A stretch of 16,865 nucleotides of DNA from Pseudothermotoga sp. Lineage in GTDB: Bacteria; Thermotogota; Thermotogae; Thermotogales; DSM-5069. Of the stretch, positions 7,325 through 16,865 are shown one piece after another. Both the position numbers and the translations under genes were made by a program. The stretch lies in the NCBI GenBank assembly GCA_041640575.1, contig JBEPZZ010000035.1, positions 1 through 16,865 of the forward strand. The letters are read 5' to 3'. Under the pieces are notes generated by a model, which worked only from the letters and a program-made list of their open reading frames with translations, made no database searches and had not been told where the DNA came from. Position 1 is the stretch's first letter. Every line of letters starts with the position of its first letter.

Positions 7325-8514
7325 ATGGAACAAGCCCCTCAGGACTTTTTATTCTCCGCCGTTCATTGTGGAATAAGAAGAAAAAGGAAAGATCTTGGAT
7401 TGATTCTTTCTGTTCTTCCGTGCAGCGCTGTAGGTACTTTTACAACCAATTGGATGAAAGGAGCACCGGTGATTTACACTTCCAATATTTTGCGGAAGAA
7501 TAATACCAACATCAGAGCAGTTGTAGTAAACAGTGGAGTTGCGAATTCTTGTACTGGTGAGGTAGGGCTCAGAAACGCAGAGGCGACTGCACATTTTTTG
7601 GCGGAAAAGCTTTCAATTGACAAAGACTCCATCTTGGTCGCTTCAACAGGTTTGATAGGTGCTCAACTACCAATGGACAAGATAAAAAACGGTATTGAAA
7701 TGGCTGTACAAAACTTTTCAGAAACCCCTTATGATTTCGCAGAGGCGATTACAACAACCGATACAACTTTAAAACTGCATTCAGCTTCCTTGAAAATTAG
7801 TGGCAAAACAGTAAGGATTCTTGGAATTGCAAAAGGTAGTGGGATGATTCATCCAAATATGGCAACTATGCTAGCCTTTATTCTAACTGATGTAAAGATT
7901 TCAGCAAAATTACTGAAGAAGCTATTCAAGAAATCAGTTGATCAAACCTATAACATGATAGACGTCGATGGTGATACAAGTACCAACGATATGGCTTTGG
8001 TTTTGGCAAATGGATCCACCGGAGTTGAAATTCTTCCTAGGACAAAGGAATGCCAAGTTTTCTTTGAGGCGTTGAATCACATCAACATGGAACTTGCAAG
8101 AAAAATCGTTCAGGATGGTGAAGGGGCCAGCAAACTGATCGAAATCGAGGTTATTAACGCTCCGGATGTCGGGAAAGCTCGAAAGATAGCACGGAATATT
8201 GTTTCCTCGAACCTGGTTAAAACCGCCGTTCACTTTGAAGACCTCAACTGGGGAAGGATATTGGCTGCTGCTGGATGTTCTGGCGTAGTACTTGATCATG
8301 CAAAAATTGATCTTTACCTTTCATCGGGTGATTTCACCATCAAGATTGTGGAGGACGGTTGTGGATGTTGTTTTAACGAGCAGGAAGCAAGATCAATTCT
8401 TGCGGGAAGAGAGATCAAATTCATCATTGATTTGAAAAAAGGTAAAGCTGCTGCGAAAGCGTTGGGGTGCGATCTAAGTGAAAAATTTATTGAAATTGCA
8501 GGGAGGTATAAAAG

Positions 8515-8518
<4 letters not shown>
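7325..8518 (+). CDS. argJ: Ornithine acetyltransferase / N-acetylglutamate synthase ArgJ
   Basis: AKGSGMIHPNMA|TML autocleavage motif, DGDTSTND, DGEGA, NWGRI and GCDL. SD GGGGGAG at 7312-7318. Confidence 0.95.
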
Positions 8519-11716
<3,198 letters not shown>

Positions 11717-11724
11717 GTAGATCG

Positions 11725-14700
11725 ATGCCAAAGAGATGCGACATAAACAAAATTTTGGTCATTGGCTCTGGACCAATAACTGTTGGACAGGCCGCTGAGT
11801 TTGATTATTCTGGGACACAAGCTTTGAAAGCTTTGAAAAAGTCTGGCTATCATACAGTTGTGGTCAATTCGAATTCTGCAACAATTATGACCGACCCAAA
11901 CTTCTCTGACGCTGTTTACATAGAACCACTCACGGTTGATTTTTTGGAAAAGATTATCGCTAAAGAGAAACCGGATGCCATTTTGCCAACATTCGGGGGT
12001 CAAACCGCTCTGAACCTCGCAATTGAGCTGGAGGAAAAAGGGATTCTGGACAAATACAAGGTGAAATTGATAGGAGCTAGCATTGAAGCTATCAGAAAAG
12101 CTGAGGATAGAGAACTCTTCAAGAAAACAATGCTAGAAGCGGGATTAGAAGTTTTAAGAAGTGAACTTGTTTCAAGCGTTGAAGAAGCACTAAAAGTAGC
12201 TGAGAAATTCGGCTATCCAGTCGTGGTCAGACCGAGCTTTACACTTGGTGGAACTGGTGGGGGAATCGCACGCAACCAGAAAGAACTTGAAAAAATAGTA
12301 TCACTAGGTATAGTTTCAAGTCCTGTAAGGACTGTATTGATCGAAGAATCAGTTATCGGATGGAAAGAATACGAACTTGAAGTTATGAAGGATTCAAAAG
12401 ACAATTTTATAGTCGTCTGCTCAATAGAAAATTTCGATCCAATGGGAATTCACACGGGTGATTCAGTAACCGTGGCTCCTTCACAAACTCTTACAGATGT
12501 GGAATATCAAAAAATGCGCAACTGGGCGAAAGCTGCCATGAAGTCAATAGGTATAACGGCAGGAGGAGCAAACATCCAGTTTGCAGTTTGCCCGGATAAT
12601 GGCCGAATGGTTGTTATTGAAATGAACCCCAGAGTCTCAAGGTCTTCAGCACTAGCGTCGAAGGCAACGGGTTATCCCATAGCCAAAATAGCTGCCCTGC
12701 TGGCAGTTGGTTTCACATTGGATGAAATACCAAACGATATAACTGGTCGGACAACGGCTGCGCTCGAACCAGCCATCGACTACGTTGTGGTAAAAGTGCC
12801 AAGATTTCAAATGGAGAAATTTCCTGGAGCTGATTTGAGGTTGGGAACGCAAATGAAATCCATAGGCGAAGTTATGGCGATTGGTAGAACCTTTAAAGAA
12901 GCTATAGGGAAAGCTCTAAGATCTCTTGAACTTGACATAGCTCCAGAACTTGATTTAGACAAAATTGATGAGAACCTGGCAAACCCAACGTGGAAAAGGC
13001 TTTCTTACATCTTTGCCGCGTTTCGCCATGGTTACAGCGTTGAAGATATTTACAAATTGACAAAGATTGATAAGTGGTTTTTGACACAACTGAAAGAAAC
13101 TATGGAACTTGAAAATAGTCTGAAGAAGGAAGGCTTGAATGAAAAATCGCTTCTTATCTTAAAGGAGTGGGGATTCTCAGACAGAGAGATTGCACAAATG
13201 TTTGAAAAGACCGAGAAGCAAGTAAGAAGTCTGAGAGAAAAGTACAAAATTTTCCCAGTATACAAAATGGTTGATACTTGTGCCGCAGAGTTTGAAGCAA
13301 TAACTCCATACTTTTACTCCACATACAATGGCATTGAAAACGAATCAAAGCCGTCAAGAAGAAAAAAGATTCTCATTCTTGGTTCTGGACCAAATAGAAT
13401 AGGTCAAGGCATAGAATTCGATTATACAAATGTTCACGCTGTATGGGCACTTCAACAAGAAGACTACGAAGTGATCATGATCAATTCCAATCCCGAAACT
13501 GTTTCAACTGATTATGATACTTCCGACAAGTTGTACTTTGAACCACTCACGGTAGAAGATGTTCTTGAAGTAATTCGTCTAGAAAGACCATTTGGGGTGA
13601 TTGTGAGCTTTGGTGGTCAAACTCCCTTGAAGATAGCTAAGCAAATTGTTGAAGAAGGCGTCAGAATACTGGGAACAAGTTTTGAATCTATCGATATGGC
13701 AGAAGACAGAGCAAAGTTTGCACAGCTACTCAAAGCATTGAAAATAAACTGTCCGGAGTTTAGGACTGCGACAAATATTGAGGAAGCCTTGAGAGCAGCG
13801 AAAGAACTAGGCTTCCCAGTCCTTGTCAGGCCAAGTTTTGTGCTAGGTGGAATGGCAATGGCCGTTGTCAGTGATGAACGGAATTTGAAAGAATACGTCA
13901 GCAAAGCTGTTAACGTTTCTGGTGATCATCCAATTTTAATAGACAAATTTCTTGAAAATGCAATTGAACTGGATGTGGACATCGTCAGTGATGGCAGAAC
14001 TGTGTGGATAGCTGGTATCATGGAACAGATACAGGAGGCTGGAATTCATTCCGGAGATTCTGCTTGTGTTATTCCACCCATAAGCATCTCAGAAGAAATG
14101 ATCAATGAAATTGAGCTAAATGTGTTAAAGCTTGTCAAGGCACTGAAAATAGTTGGACCTGCTAACATACAGCTTGCAATTAAGGGTGATCAAGTTTACG
14201 TTTTAGAAGCAAATCCAAGAGCTTCCAGAACCTTTCCTTATGTGAGTAAAGCCATAGGTATACCAGTTGCAGAGATAGCAGCCAAGGTCATGATTGGAAG
14301 ATCGCTGAGGGAATTAATAAAGGAATACTGGCCATATCCAGCAAGATACGATATAAACGAAGCTGACGAGCTTCTTCCCACACCTATACCAAAGTATTAT
14401 TCTGTGAAAGAAGTTGTCGTGCCCTTTAGCAAGTTTCTAGGTTCAGATGTGATCTTTGGACCAGAGATGCGTTCAACAGGAGAGGTCATGGGGTTTGGTC
14501 AGGAGTTTTCGGAGGCATTCATAAAATCACAGATAGCTGCTGGAAACTTCAGGGAAGGGAAGGCCATCTTGGCAAGTATCGGCGACAAAGACAAAAGAAA
14601 ATTCCTGCCACTTTTGGTTTATCTGAAAGACCTTGGCTTTGAAATCTTTGCAACTACTGGTACAGCAACTGCTTTGAGAAAAATCGGGATTGAGACTATC

Positions 14701-14979
14701 GAGGTTGGTAAGAATAGAAAAAATGAGCTTTTGCAAATTATAAGGGAAAGAAAAATCAGCATGATTATTGCGACACATTCCTTGAAAGAACCTGTTGGCT
14801 CAGACGGTGAAAAGACTTTTGGTAAGTTTCTTAGAACATCTGCAATAGAGTATCGGATCCCCTGTATTACTACCTATGAGCAGCTTAGCGCATTAGTAAT
14901 AGCCCTGAGAAAGGCGCTTAACATTAAAAAACTTTCAGTGGTCAGTTTGGGTGAAATTCATTCGGCTAATACAATTTAA
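11725..14979 (+). CDS. carB: Carbamoyl-phosphate synthase large subunit
   Basis: MPKR start and two homologous ATP-grasp halves ([15 protein letters not shown] / [25 protein letters not shown] / EANPRASRT). C-terminal MGS-like domain (ATTGT). Confidence 0.98.
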   Translation: MPKRCDINKILVIGSGPITVGQAAEFDYSGTQALKALKKSGYHTVVVNSNSATIMTDPNFSDAVYIEPLTVDFLEKIIAKEKPDAILPTFGGQTALNLAIELEEKGILDKYKVKLIGASIEAIRKAEDRELFKKTMLEAGLEVLRSELVSSVEEALKVAEKFGYPVVVRPSFTLGGTGGGIARNQKELEKIVSLGIVSSPVRTVLIEESVIGWKEYELEVMKDSKDNFIVVCSIENFDPMGIHTGDSVTVAPSQTLTDVEYQKMRNWAKAAMKSIGITAGGANIQFAVCPDNGRMVVIEMNPRVSRSSALASKATGYPIAKIAALLAVGFTLDEIPNDITGRTTAALEPAIDYVVVKVPRFQMEKFPGADLRLGTQMKSIGEVMAIGRTFKEAIGKALRSLELDIAPELDLDKIDENLANPTWKRLSYIFAAFRHGYSVEDIYKLTKIDKWFLTQLKETMELENSLKKEGLNEKSLLILKEWGFSDREIAQMFEKTEKQVRSLREKYKIFPVYKMVDTCAAEFEAITPYFYSTYNGIENESKPSRRKKILILGSGPNRIGQGIEFDYTNVHAVWALQQEDYEVIMINSNPETVSTDYDTSDKLYFEPLTVEDVLEVIRLERPFGVIVSFGGQTPLKIAKQIVEEGVRILGTSFESIDMAEDRAKFAQLLKALKINCPEFRTATNIEEALRAAKELGFPVLVRPSFVLGGMAMAVVSDERNLKEYVSKAVNVSGDHPILIDKFLENAIELDVDIVSDGRTVWIAGIMEQIQEAGIHSGDSACVIPPISISEEMINEIELNVLKLVKALKIVGPANIQLAIKGDQVYVLEANPRASRTFPYVSKAIGIPVAEIAAKVMIGRSLRELIKEYWPYPARYDINEADELLPTPIPKYYSVKEVVVPFSKFLGSDVIFGPEMRSTGEVMGFGQEFSEAFIKSQIAAGNFREGKAILASIGDKDKRKFLPLLVYLKDLGFEIFATTGTATALRKIGIETIEVGKNRKNELLQIIRERKISMIIATHSLKEPVGSDGEKTFGKFLRTSAIEYRIPCITTYEQLSALVIALRKALNIKKLSVVSLGEIHSANTI

Positions 14980-14996
14980 GTTTAGCTTATATTCTC

Positions 14997-15027
14997 AAAA
15001 TAAGAAGCCTCGCACAGTGCGAGGCCT
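14997..15027 (-). terminator. Intrinsic terminator between convergent carB and the downstream gene
   Basis: Perfect inverted repeat GCCTCGCAC-A-GTGCGAGGC (15007-15025). The - strand tail is TTCTTATTTT; the + strand tail (CTACCTT) is poor, so it is probably stronger for the - strand gene. Confidence 0.75.
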
Positions 15028-15064
15028 ACCTTAAAATGTGAAGACGGATCGATAATTTTGGGCA

Positions 15065-16864
15065 TTATTCGCCTATTATTTCAAGTGTCATTGCAAAGAC
15101 GTGTACGTTTATGGCTTCTGGTAAAACAATAGACTCGACAATTTTTTCCACATCAAGACTTATCTTATCAATTCCGCACTTGATGAACTGTTTCTCACCA
15201 GATGCGATGAATCTGTAATCATACTGAATCGACTTTTGCTCAGCGCACCAATCTTTAACGACAATTTTTAAAGGTTGATCGTTGATCCATATGTTAACTG
15301 CGTAGTTACCATGGTTTGCCGCACAGAGCAAATGAATCTTTTTGACCATTATTGGTTCTTCGAAGATTATTTTCTGAAGATTACATCTGATATTATCGTT
15401 TCCTTCAACTTTTAAAAGGAACGGTACCTGTTCAACTGTTGTCACACCTTCTGCAAAAAACTCTGCAGAATAGTATGATCCAACAATTCCTCCAAGATTA
15501 TCAAAATTTGCCGGCTTTTCTCTTGAACCTATTCCATCATTGTTGAAAAGTTTATCCAAATTCAAAAGCAGATATCTTCCTTCTTTGGTGTAACTTGCAA
15601 TTATTTGTTGAGCTATTAAATCTTTTTCTGCATAGAAAACAACTTCGTTGATGATTTGAAGCCCTTGGTTTTGAAAATACGAAACTGTCATGGCTCTTCC
15701 ATCAAAGTCAATTGATATACCAACCATTTCTGGCACAAGTATCAATTGGTCCAAGACTCCTTCACCATCCAGCGATACTCTCACTGTTGTCGCTAGTTCG
15801 ATCTTTCCAATTTCGAAGATACCTTCACCAGATAGCTCAGCACTTGCGCTGTTTCCGGATGTAACAGTTATTTTGGTATCTTTGAATGAGCCACTTACAG
15901 CTACATACACAGGTTTCTTAAGTTCAGAAACCGTCCAACGTAACCTTGCTTTACCACTGAAGCCAAGAGCTGCCCCTGCGCTAAAATCACCAACAACTAA
16001 GGATACGCTTGAAATTCCTGGATCGGCGGCTTCAGCTTCTAAAATCAGTAGACCACTTGTACCAATTATTTGTGAACTAACTGCAAGTTTTTGGTACAAT
16101 TCTGGCAATGTCGATAAGTAAAGAATTGACCTTTGCGCGCATATCGTTGATTCCGCTCCAGCGTTATGATTTATATGCATGTACTCCATCCCATCATATC
16201 CTTCACCGCCGGGGCCGAGCATTGCTTGTTTTAACCTGTTCAAGCCAAAATACCATCCATTTGCCAAAGCACAAAGATAAGCCATTTGCTCGTCACCTGT
16301 CAAATGGTAAGCCTTTGCAGCCGCAACACTTAAAGTTTCGACAGCGTACGAAAGTTCAGGAAACCTTTTAACAGCTTTATCAACTGAATATAAGAAACCC
16401 GTTCCAAGTAGCAGTGGGATTTGCCTTCTCAAAGATTCAACGGCGTCTGAGAGAAAGCTCTGTATACCAGTTGCTTTGTAAGCTTCCAATAAAGCTTCAG
16501 CGTATCTATTTCCCCAACCATTCCACGCAAATTTTTGTGTATTCCAGCTGAAAAAACCCTCAAAGATGCCTTTTTTCCTCAGCGAAGCTTGAAGTTCACG
16601 TGCCACAGCTTCGATTGTTCTAGCTACATTTGAAACTTTGTTGTACTCACACAAACCTAACAGGTAAAGTGCTTTCTGATCGTTGTAAATTGGAGGATTC
16701 TTTGAGATAGCCTTAAAAGCTTTTTGTAATGCATCAAGTACTACACTATCTTTGCTCACGTTGTAGAGTTTACCAAGTGCCCAAAAAGCTCTCAAAGCCC
16801 ACCAAGACGTAGATTTTTTACTCGTATTACCATATTGATTGATGGTTCCGTCTGCGTAAGCAAA
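15065..16864 (-). CDS. Uncharacterised multidomain protein: six-hairpin glycosidase-like helical domain plus C-terminal beta-rich domains; 5'-truncated by the window
   Basis: The frame is open to the window edge (FAYADGTINQYGNTSKKSTSWWALRAFWALG...), so the TTG at 16795 is not the true start. Motifs RAxWALG and WYFGxN...GYDG...INxNAGAEST recall (alpha/alpha)6 glycosidase-like domains. The C-terminal FNNDGI...ANFD...VPF...DNI...DWC segment recalls accessory domains of glycoside hydrolases. Confidence 0.55.
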   Translation of the reverse strand, partial: FAYADGTINQYGNTSKKSTSWWALRAFWALGKLYNVSKDSVVLDALQKAFKAISKNPPIYNDQKALYLLGLCEYNKVSNVARTIEAVARELQASLRKKGIFEGFFSWNTQKFAWNGWGNRYAEALLEAYKATGIQSFLSDAVESLRRQIPLLLGTGFLYSVDKAVKRFPELSYAVETLSVAAAKAYHLTGDEQMAYLCALANGWYFGLNRLKQAMLGPGGEGYDGMEYMHINHNAGAESTICAQRSILYLSTLPELYQKLAVSSQIIGTSGLLILEAEAADPGISSVSLVVGDFSAGAALGFSGKARLRWTVSELKKPVYVAVSGSFKDTKITVTSGNSASAELSGEGIFEIGKIELATTVRVSLDGEGVLDQLILVPEMVGISIDFDGRAMTVSYFQNQGLQIINEVVFYAEKDLIAQQIIASYTKEGRYLLLNLDKLFNNDGIGSREKPANFDNLGGIVGSYYSAEFFAEGVTTVEQVPFLLKVEGNDNIRCNLQKIIFEEPIMVKKIHLLCAANHGNYAVNIWINDQPLKIVVKDWCAEQKSIQYDYRFIASGEKQFIKCGIDKISLDVEKIVESIVLPEAINVHVFAMTLEIIGE

Positions 16865-16865
16865 A

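Noticed and set aside
11923..13553. Repeated GAACCACTCACGGT and similar segments within carB
   Set aside because: Explained by the well-known internal duplication of the two CarB synthetase halves.

Overview
AT-rich bacterial window. Gene order and protein sequences resemble Thermotogota, which is an inference from remembered homologues. Left to right: (1) the 3' part of a ThuA-like gene (+); (2) a ~245-bp intergenic region with a bidirectional terminator, two near-consensus leftward promoters and an operator-like palindrome, but no gene for them to drive; (3) a minus-strand metal-uptake operon (Fur-family regulator, znuA, znuC, znuB) with a perfect Fur-type box between its -10 and RBS; (4) a divergent ~11.1-kb arginine operon argG-argH-argC-argJ-argB-argD-carA-carB, without argF; (5) a terminator and the 3' part of a convergent glycosidase-like multidomain gene. 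The most notable signal is in the argG leader and is missed by the ORF track: an extended -10 promoter, a 28-codon leader ORF with Arg codons AGG-CGA...CGG, and three alternative RNA helices (protector, 21-nt antiterminator, intrinsic terminator). This is the full architecture of a ribosome-mediated transcription attenuator, apparently sensing arginine. ArgB, CarB and ArgJ also carry substitutions at positions I recall as effector- or substrate-binding sites.
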